Shown: positions 43,441 to 53,694 of the stretch, in pieces
Numbering within the stretch: the stretch's first letter is position 1
Layout of the letters: the number at the start of each line of letters is the position of its first letter
DNA from: an uncultured Planctomycetota bacterium
GTDB lineage: Bacteria; Planctomycetota; Planctomycetia; Isosphaerales; Isosphaeraceae
Reading direction: 5' to 3'
Length of the DNA: 64,000 nucleotides
Assembly: GCA_963845755.1 (NCBI GenBank)
Contig: CAWJTV010000025.1
Location: forward strand, 160,001-224,000
Translations under genes and position numbers: made by a program
Notes under the pieces: generated by a model
Database searches by the model: none
Seen by the model: the letters and a program-made list of their open reading frames with translations, nothing else
Told to the model about the DNA's origin: nothing

Positions 43441-43648
43441 AAACACCTTCCGAGACAGCCTCTCAGCCTTCGATGTAACTATTGATCCTGTAATGAATTG
43501 AGTAAACGAACCTGGCGCCCCATGACGGAAATCGGTAATATGCGGCAAAGTTTATGCAACTGGGAGCGCGCATGTGCGGATCGTATGGGTAGGTACATCA
43601 CCGTGCTGGGAACGACTCCCGCAGCAACCACTCCCGGGGCCGACCACC

Positions 43649-45290
43649 ATGACGATCAACACGACGACCGCCGCGACGAAGCCCAGTCGGGCGGAGATCA
43701 ACTCGAAAAACGCGCAGCGGAGTACGGGGCCTCGGTCGCCCGAAGGGAAGAGCCGTTCCAAGTTCAACGCCGTCAAGCACGGCATGACCGCCAGGACCCT
43801 CGTCCTGCCCGGCGAGGATGCCGACGCACTCCAGTTGCGGCTCGAGAATTGGACCGCCGATCTCCAGCCTCAGAACGGCGTCGAGCAGTTCCTGGTCGAG
43901 CAGGCCGTCCGATCCTCGTGGAAGATCGAGCGGGCCGATCGCGCCGAGGCCGCCCGGCTCTCCCAGGTCATCGAGTCGGTGCCGCAGGAGGAGGCCCATC
44001 GTCAGCAGGACGTGGTCGCCGCCCTGGGCAACTGGCTCCTCAGCGACCGCGACGTGATCCACGACCTTGTGCTCCGCCGCGATCTGCTCGACATCCTCGC
44101 CCCGGACCAGAAGCGCACCTATCCGGACTGCCGCACCCTGGATATCTTCAACCATCCCGAGGCCATTGTCCGCCGCCTGGAGACCACCGCGACCGGCTGT
44201 CAATGGCTGCTCGACCGGTGGACCGAGCTCCGGGCGACGCTGGACCTGGATTGTCCCTGGGGACTCGCCGAGAAGGCCAGGGCCGTGCGCCTGATGGGGA
44301 AGCGCCCGCTCAACCTGGAACCCGGGAAGTGGGAGGTCTACATCCAGGGCCGCGACGACGGCGAGGCGGAAATGCTCGAGGAGGTGGTCGATCGCCACCT
44401 CGACTCCCAACTGGACGAACGACTGACGGTCACGAAACCCACGACGCCCGCCGCGTTCCGCGGCATCGCCGACCAGGCGATCGCGCGGCTGGAGACGCTC
44501 GTCGCGGGGCATCACCGGAGCGTCGAGTCCGATGCCCAGCAAGCCGCCCGGCTGTCGTTCGATGCCAGCAATGACGCCGAACGGCTGCGCCGTTACCAGT
44601 TCTCGTCCAGCCGATCGCTGTTCCGGAGCCTCGACACCCTGATCAAGGTCCGCCGATCGGGACTGAAACTCGTCGGTGGAGAACCCGTCGAGGAGAATGC
44701 CTCCCGCGACGGCGACGATGCGGCACCGGTCGTCTGCCTCGAGATCCCTCGCGAGCCGCAGGCGGTCGGAGGATTCCCCGCCGAGATCCCGGACCTCGCG
44801 GCAACGACCGCCGAGAACGATGCGGAAGGAACGGCGGCCGGAGATCCGGTCGTACCGGTCGGCGAGATCGTCGAGAGTCCGACCGAAAAACAAACCGGAC
44901 CCCACGACCTGCGACTCTGTGAATTCGCAAAACGAACCCAACCACCCGCCGAGGCCGGAGATCGTCGGTCGCGGGTTGCCGGTTCAGCGGGCCATGGTCC
45001 TGGCGATGACCCTCGTCGTACTCCTCGGCGCTGGGCTCGGCGACTCTCGAAAAACGCAATACGAACCCATCACGGCACCTCGAGGCGTCGCCGGTGGCTC
45101 GCCGGTTGCGCCCTCGACGACTCCATGCACCCGGCGCGGGAAGGACTTGCCCGGCTCGTCGCGCGCTGCTCCAATGACTTTGACCGCGTTTCCGTCGGCC
45201 GTCTCGAGAACCGCGATCGAGCCATCTGTCTCCGGCTCGACGCTTTCCCGTTACCTAAGGAGAGGTTCTCCTGCGCCGGCAAGAACGTAG
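43649..45290 (+). CDS. Hypothetical protein of the NAQxSTGPRTxEGK family; 3' end uncertain (probable frameshift near 44915)
   Basis: NSKNAQRSTGPRSPEGKSRSKFNAVKHGMTARTLVLPGED; GCQWLLDRW; ERLRRYQ; QNEPN in the shifted frame. Confidence 0.65.
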
Positions 45291-45426
45291 GTCAGGTTTT
45301 CGTGCCTGACGACCCCGGAGAATCGGGCGGGATCGCCCGACCGACGTGAGACGCTTGGTTGCGGGTTGACCGCCCGTCAGGACCTTTCCTTTTCTCGCGG
45401 CAGAGGACACCCGGAGGAACGACCTC

Positions 45427-47640
45427 ATGAGATCCTGGTTTGAGAGAGTGCCTCATCTGGCCAAGAAGGCCGGCGTGACGGCCGCGGTGGCGCTGGTGCT
45501 GTCGATGGCCGGTGCGATCCTGCCCCTGGCCGCCGCCGGATGGTCGACGGCCGACGACCCGGCCCCGGACAAGGTCAAGGCCAAGCCGGACGCCGGCAAG
45601 CCGGCCCCGGCCAAGGTCGGGCTGCTCCTCAACGATTCCCGGGCGTTCCAGGGGTACACCCTGATCGCGCCGCTGTTCTCCAAGACGGTCTATCTGATCA
45701 ACATGGAGGGGAAGGTCGTGCGGACGTGGGAGACCGGCTACACCCCGGGGGCGAGCACCTACCTGCTCGAAAACGGTCACCTGCTGCGCACCGGCGCCCA
45801 CCAGCCGGCCCCGTCCGGCTTCGGCCCGGGCGCCGGCGGCCACATCCTGGAATTCGACGCCGATGGCCAATTGCTCTGGGACTTCAAGTACGTCGACGAG
45901 AAACACCTCCCGCACCACGACGTGACCAAGTTGCCCAACGGCAACTACCTGATGATCATGTGGGAGAAGAAGACGAAAGACGAGTCCCTCGCCGCCGGGC
46001 GCCGGCCCGACATGGTGGGCAATGCGGGCATCCATCCCGACTACCTCATGGAAGTGAAGCCGACCGGCAAGAACAGTGGCGACATCGTCTGGGAATGGCA
46101 CCTTTGGGACCACCTGGTCCAGGACCACGACCGATCGAAGCCAAACTTCGGCAATGTGTCCGATCACCCCGAGCTCGTCAACCTCAACTACGGCGCCGGC
46201 GAGGGCCCCATCGCCCCGATGATGGCCACCAAGGACGGCGTCGCCAAGTTGCGGTCGCTGGGCTATCTCGGCGGTTCCCCCACGCCGACGGCCAAGGACA
46301 AGGATGCGTCCAAGGCCGAGGCGGCGGAGACCACCAAGCCCGATCCCAAGGAAAAGTCCAAGTCCACGGCCAAGGAAAAGACGAAGGGCGGGTCGAATCG
46401 GAACCGGGCTAACGCCGACTGGACGCACTGCAACGGTGTGGCCTACAACCCCGACCTCGACCAGATCATGGTGAGCGTACACGCCTTCAGCGAGTTCTGG
46501 ATCATCGATCACAGCACGACAACCGCCGAGGCAACCAGCCACAAGGGCGGCCGTAGCGGCAAGGGGGGCGACCTCCTCTACCGATGGGGGAACCCGCGCG
46601 CCTATCGGAACGGCTCGAAGATGGATCAACGCCTCTTCAGTCAGCACAACGCCCACTGGATCCAACCCGGCCTGTCCGGCGAAGGGCACATCCTCGTTTT
46701 CAACAACGGCAGCGGCCGGCCGGGCGGCGACTCGTCGTCGGTCAACGAGCTCGTCTTGCCGGTGGACTCGCAAGGGCAGTACACCCGCGGTCGTCGCGGT
46801 CCTTATGGGCCGACGCAGGCGGTCTGGAGCTACAGCGCACCCAAGAAGTCGGACTTCTATTCCTTCTTCATCTCCGGGGCCCAGCGGCTTCCCAACGGGA
46901 ATACCCTGATCTGCTCGGGTGCCAATGGCACCGTCTTCGAGGTGACTCCCAACAAGGATGTCGTCTGGAAGTACACCAACCCCGTCATGGGGAATCCGGG
47001 CCCTCCCGGCGGTCCCGGCCCTCGCCCCGGCACCGTCAACCTGTTCCCCATGTTCGTGCGCGGGCCGCTCGACCTGGCGCCCGAGCAGAGCAAGCAGCTC
47101 GACGAGTTCCAGAAGACGATCGGCGAGAAGCTCGAAAAGACGCTCAACGACGCCCAGAAGAAGCAACTTCGGGAGCTCGACCCCTCCGGGCCGTCGGGCT
47201 TCGCGGTGTTCCCCTCGCCGGGACAGCTCATCTCGAAAGTGACCCTGACCGCGTTGAAGCCGACCGACGACCAGGCGAAGCAGCTCGACGCCCTTCAGAA
47301 GGAAGTCAACGCCAAGCTCGACACGCTGTTCAACGCCGATCAGAAGAAGGAACTCAAGGAGATGCGGGAAAACCCCGGCGGACCGGGTGGACCTCCCCCG
47401 GGCGGACCAGGGGGTCCCCCAGCCAAGGGCAAGGGCGGTCCGCCACCGAAGGGTCAGGGCGGCCCGCCACGCGGACCGGGCGGTCCGATCATGGGGAATA
47501 CGCTCTTCCGCGCCTATCGGTACGGTCGGGACTACCCGGGACTCGCCGGCAAGGCGCTGACGCCGGGCCAGTCGATCGAAGAGATGGAAGCGGCGAAGAA
47601 GAAGGCGAACGCCGCGAAGAAATCGAAGAGTGAAAAGTGA
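45427..47640 (+). CDS. Secreted arylsulfotransferase (ASST-like) with C-terminal Spy/CpxP-like helical repeats and Gly/Pro-rich tail
   Basis: AFQGYTLIAP, YLLENGHLLR, HHDVTKLPNGN, VWEWHLWDHL, DWTHCNGVAYN, LLYRWGNP, QHNAHWI, ISGAQRLPNGNTLI, FRAYRY. Confidence 0.85.
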   Translation: MRSWFERVPHLAKKAGVTAAVALVLSMAGAILPLAAAGWSTADDPAPDKVKAKPDAGKPAPAKVGLLLNDSRAFQGYTLIAPLFSKTVYLINMEGKVVRTWETGYTPGASTYLLENGHLLRTGAHQPAPSGFGPGAGGHILEFDADGQLLWDFKYVDEKHLPHHDVTKLPNGNYLMIMWEKKTKDESLAAGRRPDMVGNAGIHPDYLMEVKPTGKNSGDIVWEWHLWDHLVQDHDRSKPNFGNVSDHPELVNLNYGAGEGPIAPMMATKDGVAKLRSLGYLGGSPTPTAKDKDASKAEAAETTKPDPKEKSKSTAKEKTKGGSNRNRANADWTHCNGVAYNPDLDQIMVSVHAFSEFWIIDHSTTTAEATSHKGGRSGKGGDLLYRWGNPRAYRNGSKMDQRLFSQHNAHWIQPGLSGEGHILVFNNGSGRPGGDSSSVNELVLPVDSQGQYTRGRRGPYGPTQAVWSYSAPKKSDFYSFFISGAQRLPNGNTLICSGANGTVFEVTPNKDVVWKYTNPVMGNPGPPGGPGPRPGTVNLFPMFVRGPLDLAPEQSKQLDEFQKTIGEKLEKTLNDAQKKQLRELDPSGPSGFAVFPSPGQLISKVTLTALKPTDDQAKQLDALQKEVNAKLDTLFNADQKKELKEMRENPGGPGGPPPGGPGGPPAKGKGGPPPKGQGGPPRGPGGPIMGNTLFRAYRYGRDYPGLAGKALTPGQSIEEMEAAKKKANAAKKSKSEK

Positions 47641-47696
47641 TCCTCACAACCGAGAAAGTGGTCCTTCGATGTGGGTGCGGTCTGCGGCGCATCCTT

Positions 47697-48087
47697 GCCC
47701 CGAAGGGGTCGAACAGATCAGCCCGGGGCAACGCCCCGGGACCGCGACGACCACCCCGACCCATGCCCTGAAAGGGCGACACAGGACATGACCATGGCTT
47801 CGACTTGTGCCGCCCTTACAGGGCTATTCCATAGAAGACCCTCGGTCCCCGGGGCGATGCCCCGGGCTGGTCTGTTGCGGCCCCTTGGAATGCTGACGAA
47901 ACAATCTCCCGATTTCCCCTCGTTCCCACGCTCTGCGTGGGAATGCCGTCCGGGACGCTCCGCGTCCCACGAGCGGGGTCCAAGGCCGCGACGCAGAGCG
48001 TCGAAGACGGCATTCCCACGCGGAGCGTGGGAACGAGTGAGGGGTGGTCCGATTCCGGGAAGTGGTTTCGTCAGCGTTCCTCGGGGC
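47697..48087. repeat. Nested repeat cluster: GCCC(T/C)GAA(A/G)GGG-type REPIN interrupted by a MITE-like element that contains a CGTTC REP doublet
   Basis: Outer arms 47697-47740 and 47848-47886 plus 48081-48087; inner TIRs GGAATGCTGACGAAAC (47887-47902) / GTTTCGTCAGCGTTCC (48065-48080); REP pair 47919-48037. Confidence 0.75.
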
Positions 48088-48153
48088 GTAGAGGAGCCCT
48101 CCTTGATCCCGGCCGCTCGACGATCGACTCCCCGCCACGCGAATCCGTTTCGG

Positions 48154-50298
48154 ATGCGTACCTACTCCCGCCTGCTGCTCCTGACCGTGCTCCTGATCGT
48201 CCTGGCCCCGAAGCCGGCCCTGGCCTACATCGGCCCAGGGGCCGGGTTCGCGCTGGCAGGGTCGTTCTTCGCGGTCTTCGCCGCCATCTTCTCGGCCTTC
48301 TTCACGATTCTGACCTGGCCGTTGCGCCTGCTGTCGCGGACCCTGTTCGGGTGGCGGGCGCTCCGCCGGAGCCGGGTGAAGCGCGTGGTGATCCTCGGCC
48401 TCGACGGGATGGACCACGGACTCTCCGAGAAGATGCTCGAGGACGGCAAGCTTCCCCACCTCGCCGCCCTGCGCGACGAGGGCTGTTTCCGGCCGCTGGG
48501 CTCGACCGTCCCACCGATCTCGCCGGTCGCCTGGTCAACGTTCCAGACCGGCGTGAATCCGGGCAAGCACAACATCTTCGACTTCCTCACGCCGGATCTC
48601 CGCACCTACCACGCGAAGCTGAGCTCGGTCGAGATCCGGCCGCCCCGCCGGGCGATCCGGATCGGCCGGTATCATATTCCGCTCGGCAAGGCCAGCGTAC
48701 GGCTGCTCCGCAAGAGCCAGCCCTTCTGGAATGTCCTCAGCAAGTACAGCATCTTCAGTTGCATCCTCCGCGTCCCGATCACGTTCCCGCCCGAAAAGCT
48801 GCGCGGGGTCTTGCTGTCGGCGATGTGCGTCCCCGACCTGCGCGGCACGCAGGGGATGTTCTCCTACTACACGACCCGCGTCCGCGACGAGGGCGAGAAG
48901 ATCGGCGGCGAGGTTCATCACGTCACTCGCGAGGACGACACCATCCACGCCCACCTCGTCGGTCCGCAGAACCCCCTGCTCAAGGAACTCGAGGATCTTC
49001 GGCTTCCGTTTTCGGTCACGATCCAGGACAAGGATCATGCGGTCCTCAAGATCGACGGCGCAAAATATCGATTTACGAAGGACGTGTACACCGACTGGAT
49101 CGCGATTCACTTCCGCATCGCGCCTGGCATGAAGGTGAGCGGATTGTGCAAGTTCCTGCTTTTGAGCACCGGGCCCGAGTTCGGGCTGTACGTCACGCCG
49201 ATCAACATCGATCCGGAACATCCGGCGATGCCCGTCGGCTACCCGTCGGTATACTCGGTCTACCTGGCCAAGAAGCAAGGCCCGTTCGCGACCCTTGGCC
49301 TGGCGGAGGACACCTGGGCGCTGAACGAGCACATCATCAACGACGACCAGTTCATCCAGCAGTGCCTCGACATGGACCGGGAGCGCGAGGAGATGTTTTT
49401 CGACGCGATCGACAAGGTCCCGCGCGGCTTGATCGCCTGCGTGTTCGACGGCACCGACCGGCTCCAGCACACGTTCTCGCGCGACATCGACGAGCGGCAC
49501 CCGGCCCGGCCCGAGCCTGAAGTGCTCGAGACGCGCAACGTCATCGAGGACCTCTACATCCGCATGGACGACCTCGTCGGCAAGACGATGGCCAAATGCC
49601 GGGACAAGGATACGTTGCTGATGGTCATCTCCGACCACGGATTCGGTCCGTTCCGCCGGGGCGTGGACCTGAACCGATGGCTCCAGGAGAACGGCTACCT
49701 GACGCTGATCGACGGACGCGGCGACGAGGAACACCTCGTCGGCGTCGACTGGTCCCGGACCCGCGCCTTCGCGATCGGACTGGCGGGTATCTACATCAAT
49801 ATCAAGGATAAGTATGCGCAGGGGATCGTCGAGCCGGCCCGCGAGGCCGACCGGCTCCGCGAGGAGATCAGCCAGCGGCTGACCGCACTGATCGACCCCG
49901 AGAACGGCGCGAGCGCCGTCAAGCGCGTGTACAACGCCTCGAAGTTCTACAAGGGGCCGTATCGAGAGAACGGCCCCGACCTGATCGTCGGCTATCAGCG
50001 CGGGTACCGCGTCTCCTGGGAGACGGCGATCGGCCGCACGACCGGGAGCGTGTTCCACGACAACAAGAAGGCCTGGAGCGGCGACCACTGCGTGGACCCG
50101 TCGCTCGTACCCGGCATCCTGTTCTGCAACCGATCCGTGGAGAACGAGAACCCCCGCCTCATCGACATCGGGCCCACCGTGCTCTCGATGTTCGGCGCGG
50201 CGGTCCCGGACTACATGGACGGCAAGGTCCTGACCGTGGGAAATGCCGGTGAGAAGGCTCCCCGCGAACGAGAAGAAACCCTGGCACAGGTGGTGTAA
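48154..50298 (+). CDS. Alkaline-phosphatase-superfamily protein (type I phosphodiesterase/nucleotide pyrophosphatase-like), N-terminal membrane anchor
   Basis: Start reassigned to MRTYSRLL; AYIGPGAGFA; VILGLDGMD; STVPPISPVAWSTFQTGVNPGKHNIFDF; TDRLQH; ISDHGF; WSGDH. Confidence 0.9.
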   Translation: MRTYSRLLLLTVLLIVLAPKPALAYIGPGAGFALAGSFFAVFAAIFSAFFTILTWPLRLLSRTLFGWRALRRSRVKRVVILGLDGMDHGLSEKMLEDGKLPHLAALRDEGCFRPLGSTVPPISPVAWSTFQTGVNPGKHNIFDFLTPDLRTYHAKLSSVEIRPPRRAIRIGRYHIPLGKASVRLLRKSQPFWNVLSKYSIFSCILRVPITFPPEKLRGVLLSAMCVPDLRGTQGMFSYYTTRVRDEGEKIGGEVHHVTREDDTIHAHLVGPQNPLLKELEDLRLPFSVTIQDKDHAVLKIDGAKYRFTKDVYTDWIAIHFRIAPGMKVSGLCKFLLLSTGPEFGLYVTPINIDPEHPAMPVGYPSVYSVYLAKKQGPFATLGLAEDTWALNEHIINDDQFIQQCLDMDREREEMFFDAIDKVPRGLIACVFDGTDRLQHTFSRDIDERHPARPEPEVLETRNVIEDLYIRMDDLVGKTMAKCRDKDTLLMVISDHGFGPFRRGVDLNRWLQENGYLTLIDGRGDEEHLVGVDWSRTRAFAIGLAGIYINIKDKYAQGIVEPAREADRLREEISQRLTALIDPENGASAVKRVYNASKFYKGPYRENGPDLIVGYQRGYRVSWETAIGRTTGSVFHDNKKAWSGDHCVDPSLVPGILFCNRSVENENPRLIDIGPTVLSMFGAAVPDYMDGKVLTVGNAGEKAPREREETLAQVV

Positions 50299-52358
50299 TG
50301 GCTGACGCTGCGATTTCCAATTCCAAGATGAACCGCAGGACTTTGATCAAGGGCTCGGCCGCCGTGGCCGCCGCCGGCGCGGTCGGCGCCGCGGGTCTGG
50401 GCGTGGGGAACTACTGGCTGGGCCGCGGCAGCCACGTCTCGCGAAGCCTCGGCAAGAAGGTGATCGTGATCGGCGTGGACGGGATGGACCCGCGCCTCTC
50501 GGAGAGCATGATGAAGGCCGGCCTGCTCCCCAACCTGGAGAAGCTCCGAGCGGGCGGTGGTTTCAGCACGCTGGGCACCAGCACGCCGCCGCAGAGCCCC
50601 GTGGCCTGGGCCAACTTCATCAACGGCGCGGGGCCCGGCTCGCACGGGATCTTCGACTTCATCCACCGGCACCCACAACAGCAGTGCGAGATGTTCTTCT
50701 CGGCCGCCGAGATCCTGCCCGGAGAGGGGTTCTGGGAGGTGGACAACCATCGGCTCCCGCTCGACTTCTGGCCGTTCAACCACAAGCCGCCCGAGGCCGT
50801 GCTCCGCCGCCAGGGGACCCCATTCTGGGATTACCTCGACGCCGCGGGCATCCCCTCGACGTTCTACGACCTTCCTTCCAACTATCCGGCGAGCCCGTCG
50901 CACCACGGCCACCACCGATGCATCTCCGGCATGGGCACGCCCGATATGCTCGGGGGCTATGGCACCTACCAGTACTTCGCCGAGGACGCGTCGGAAGAGC
51001 CGCTCGACGAAGCCGGCGGGAAGCGGTCGAAGCTGACTTTCGTCGATGACACGGCCACGGTTCACATCGTCGGGCCGGAAGACGGTCTTCGCAAGAATCC
51101 GATCCCGATCAAGATCGAGCTGCTCATCCACCGCGACCGCGACGCCAACGCGGCCGTCATCCAGATCAAGGATCAGCGCATCCTGCTGAAGCCCGGCCAG
51201 TGGAGTCGATGGACGAAGCTGGACTTCTCGATGTCGGTTCCTTTTTTCCTACCGTCGCAGCACGTCAGTGGGATTTGCCGGTTCTACCTCCAGGAGGTCG
51301 CGCCCAACTTCCGCCTCTACGTCACGCCGATCAACATGGACCCATCCGCCCCCGCGCAGAAGATCTCGGAGCCGAAATCGTTCATCCAGGACGTCGCCGG
51401 CCGGCTGGGACCGTTCTACACGACGGGCTTCCAGGAAGACCACAAGGCGCGGTCGAACGGCATCTTCTCCGACGACGAGTTCGCCCGTCAGGCGGGCATC
51501 GTCCTGGAAGAACGCCTGGCGCTCTTCGACTACGCCGTCAACAACTACGACGACGGCCTGCTGTTCTTCTATTTCTCCAGCAGCGATCTCCAGTCGCACA
51601 TCTTTTGGTGGGACTCGGACGACAAGCACCCCATCCGTTCCGAGCTCGAGGCGAAGGCGCAGTTCGGCCATGTCCATCGCCTTTATCAGAAGCTCGACGC
51701 CGTGATCGGCGACCTGATGGACCGATACGGCGGCAAGGCGACGATTATCGTGATGAGCGACCACGGTTTCGCCAACTTCGGCAAGCAGTTCAACCTCAAC
51801 TCCTGGCTGCGCAACGTGGGCTACCTGGGCCCGCGCGAGTGCTCGTCGATCATGAATGACGTCAACTGGGCGAGCACCAAGGCCTACGGCCTCGGGATCA
51901 ATGGACTCTATCTGAACCTGAAAGGGCGCGAGCGCGACGGGATCGTCGAGCCCGGCGAGGAGCGGGAAGCCCTCCTGACCGAGTTGAAGGAACGCCTCGA
52001 GGCGGTTACCGATTTCGACGGCAAGCCGATCATCCGCGGCGCCTATCGCTCCGACCAGATCTACCAGGGGAACGCGACGGCCCTGGCGCCCGACCTGATC
52101 ATCGGCTACGCCCGCGGCTTCCGCGCATCGTGGGACACGTGCGAGGGGAAACTGACCGAGGAGATCTTGCTCGACAACAACGTGGCCTGGAGCGCGGATC
52201 ACTGCATCGACGCGCTCGAAGTGCCTGGCGTGCTGTTCTGCAACCGGCACATCGGAGGCAAGTCGCCATCCCTGGTCAACATTGCTCCATCGATCCTGGC
52301 CGAGTTCGGTTTACCCACACCGCCGCAGATGGTCGGAAGGAACGTGTTTTCTGGCTGA
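50298..52358 (+). CDS. Second alkaline-phosphatase-superfamily paralog with twin-arginine signal
   Basis: NRRTLIKG; VIGVDGMD; TSTPPQSPVAWANFING..HGIFDF; SDLQSH; MSDHGF; WSADH; TAATG stop/start overlap. Confidence 0.9.
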   Translation: MADAAISNSKMNRRTLIKGSAAVAAAGAVGAAGLGVGNYWLGRGSHVSRSLGKKVIVIGVDGMDPRLSESMMKAGLLPNLEKLRAGGGFSTLGTSTPPQSPVAWANFINGAGPGSHGIFDFIHRHPQQQCEMFFSAAEILPGEGFWEVDNHRLPLDFWPFNHKPPEAVLRRQGTPFWDYLDAAGIPSTFYDLPSNYPASPSHHGHHRCISGMGTPDMLGGYGTYQYFAEDASEEPLDEAGGKRSKLTFVDDTATVHIVGPEDGLRKNPIPIKIELLIHRDRDANAAVIQIKDQRILLKPGQWSRWTKLDFSMSVPFFLPSQHVSGICRFYLQEVAPNFRLYVTPINMDPSAPAQKISEPKSFIQDVAGRLGPFYTTGFQEDHKARSNGIFSDDEFARQAGIVLEERLALFDYAVNNYDDGLLFFYFSSSDLQSHIFWWDSDDKHPIRSELEAKAQFGHVHRLYQKLDAVIGDLMDRYGGKATIIVMSDHGFANFGKQFNLNSWLRNVGYLGPRECSSIMNDVNWASTKAYGLGINGLYLNLKGRERDGIVEPGEEREALLTELKERLEAVTDFDGKPIIRGAYRSDQIYQGNATALAPDLIIGYARGFRASWDTCEGKLTEEILLDNNVAWSADHCIDALEVPGVLFCNRHIGGKSPSLVNIAPSILAEFGLPTPPQMVGRNVFSG

Positions 52359-52420
52359 TCGAAGGTTCCTCGTATCGTGCCTCCGAGCCGTGCGCACATC
52401 CGGGGGATGATTGGGTTCTA

Positions 52421-52591
52421 CATTCCAGATTCCGGATTCGAGATTCGAGATTCAAGATGAGGAAACTTTCGTTTATTTGATTCTTGAATCCGGAATCCGG
52501 AATCTCGAATCCGGAATGCCGGAATCTCGAATCCGGAATCTCGAATCCGGAATCTCGAATCCGGAATCTCGAATCCGGAATCCAGAATCTC
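52421..52591. repeat. Heptamer tandem repeat array (GAATCCG/GAATCTC, 15 units) preceded by about 5 inverted units
   Basis: About 5 (GATTCNN) units at 52421-52458, then 15 GAATC(CG/TC) units at 52486-52591. Confidence 0.9.
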
Positions 52592-52634
52592 TCTATGGCC
52601 GAGGCCGAAGGCCGCTTTCGGAAGGAGAAACGTC

Positions 52635-52820
52635 GTGGTCAAGGTGAAGATCGAACCGGCCCTCTACGATCGGGCGAAGCGCGCGGCGGAGGCCGCCGGC
52701 TATAGCAGCGTCGAGGAGTTCATCGCCGACAGCATCGAGAAGGAGATCCAGCGGCTCAAGGTCGAGGAAGACGAGGGACAGGTTTCGGACCAGCTTCGCG
52801 GCCTGGGGTACATCGAATGA
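52635..52820 (+). CDS. Small ribbon-helix-helix-like protein
   Basis: AAGGAG RBS, GTG start; VKIEPALYDRAKRAAEAAGYSSVEEFI..QLRGLGYIE. Confidence 0.75.
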   Translation: MVKVKIEPALYDRAKRAAEAAGYSSVEEFIADSIEKEIQRLKVEEDEGQVSDQLRGLGYIE

Positions 52821-53661
52821 CCGGTGTTCTGGCACAAACCGCGGCCTGGCTGAACTCCGCGGCGAACGGCCTGGGACGGTGGCTGCTGGCCCCGACCAGC
52901 GTCCTGCCGGGATGGCTGTCCGCAACCACCGCGGCGGCGGTGACGGGCGTGCTCCTGCTCGCCGTCTTCAAGTACACCTCCAACCAGCGCGCGATCAAGC
53001 GTGTCCGGGACGACATCAACGCCCACCTGCTGGCCCTGAAGCTATTCAAGGACAGGCGCGGGTCTCTCTGAAATCACAGGGGCGGATCCTGCTCGGCGCC
53101 TTCCGTCTGTTCGTGCTGGCCGTGGTGCCGATGCTCGTCATGGCGGTGCCGGTCACCTTGCTTCTGGGACAGCTCGCCCTCTGGTACCAGGCCCGGCCGC
53201 TCCGGGTCGGCGAGGACGCGGTCGTCGCACTCAAGCTCAACGGCGACGCGGCGACCGCCTGGCCGCCCGTGAGCCTCGAGCCCACCGATGCCGTCGCGGT
53301 GGAAGTCGGGCCCGTCCGGGTCCGGAGTCAGCGCACGGTCTGCTGGAACCTCAAGGCGCGCGAGTCTGGTAGCCACCGGCTCGTGTTCCAGGTGGGCGGC
53401 CAGGCCGTCGCCAAGGAGCTCGCGATCGGCGACGGCTTCATGCGGGTCAGCCAGCAACGGCCCGGCTGGAACTGGTCGGACATCCTCCTGAATCCCTGGG
53501 AGGAGCCGTTCCGCCCCGAGTCCTCGGTCCGTTCGATCGAGATCAGCTATCCCGGTCGCTCTTCATGGACCAGCGGCACCGACTCGTGGGTGATCTACTG
53601 GTTCGCCGTCTCCATGGTCGCCGCGTTGGGCTTCCGCCGGGTCCTGAACGTCAACGTCTGA
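52817..53661 (+). CDS. Hypothetical membrane protein, DUF106-like N-terminus (frameshift near 53055)
   Basis: ATGA overlap with the upstream gene; TM helix then VFKYTSNQRAIKRVRDDINAHLLALKLFKD; further TMs; C-terminal WVIYWFAVSMVAALGFRR. Confidence 0.7.
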
Positions 53662-53694
53662 AACGATCATCTCTCCCGAGAGGACAGGCCGCGG

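Noticed and set aside
47671..48153. 161-aa N-terminal extension of the first AlkP ORF
   Set aside because: It is translated repeat DNA (nested REP/MITE); the signal/anchor sequence begins at 48154.
52421..52591. Possible CRISPR array or repeat-protein ORF
   Set aside because: The units are 7 bp with no unique spacers and there are no cas genes; the ORFs across it are repeat translations.
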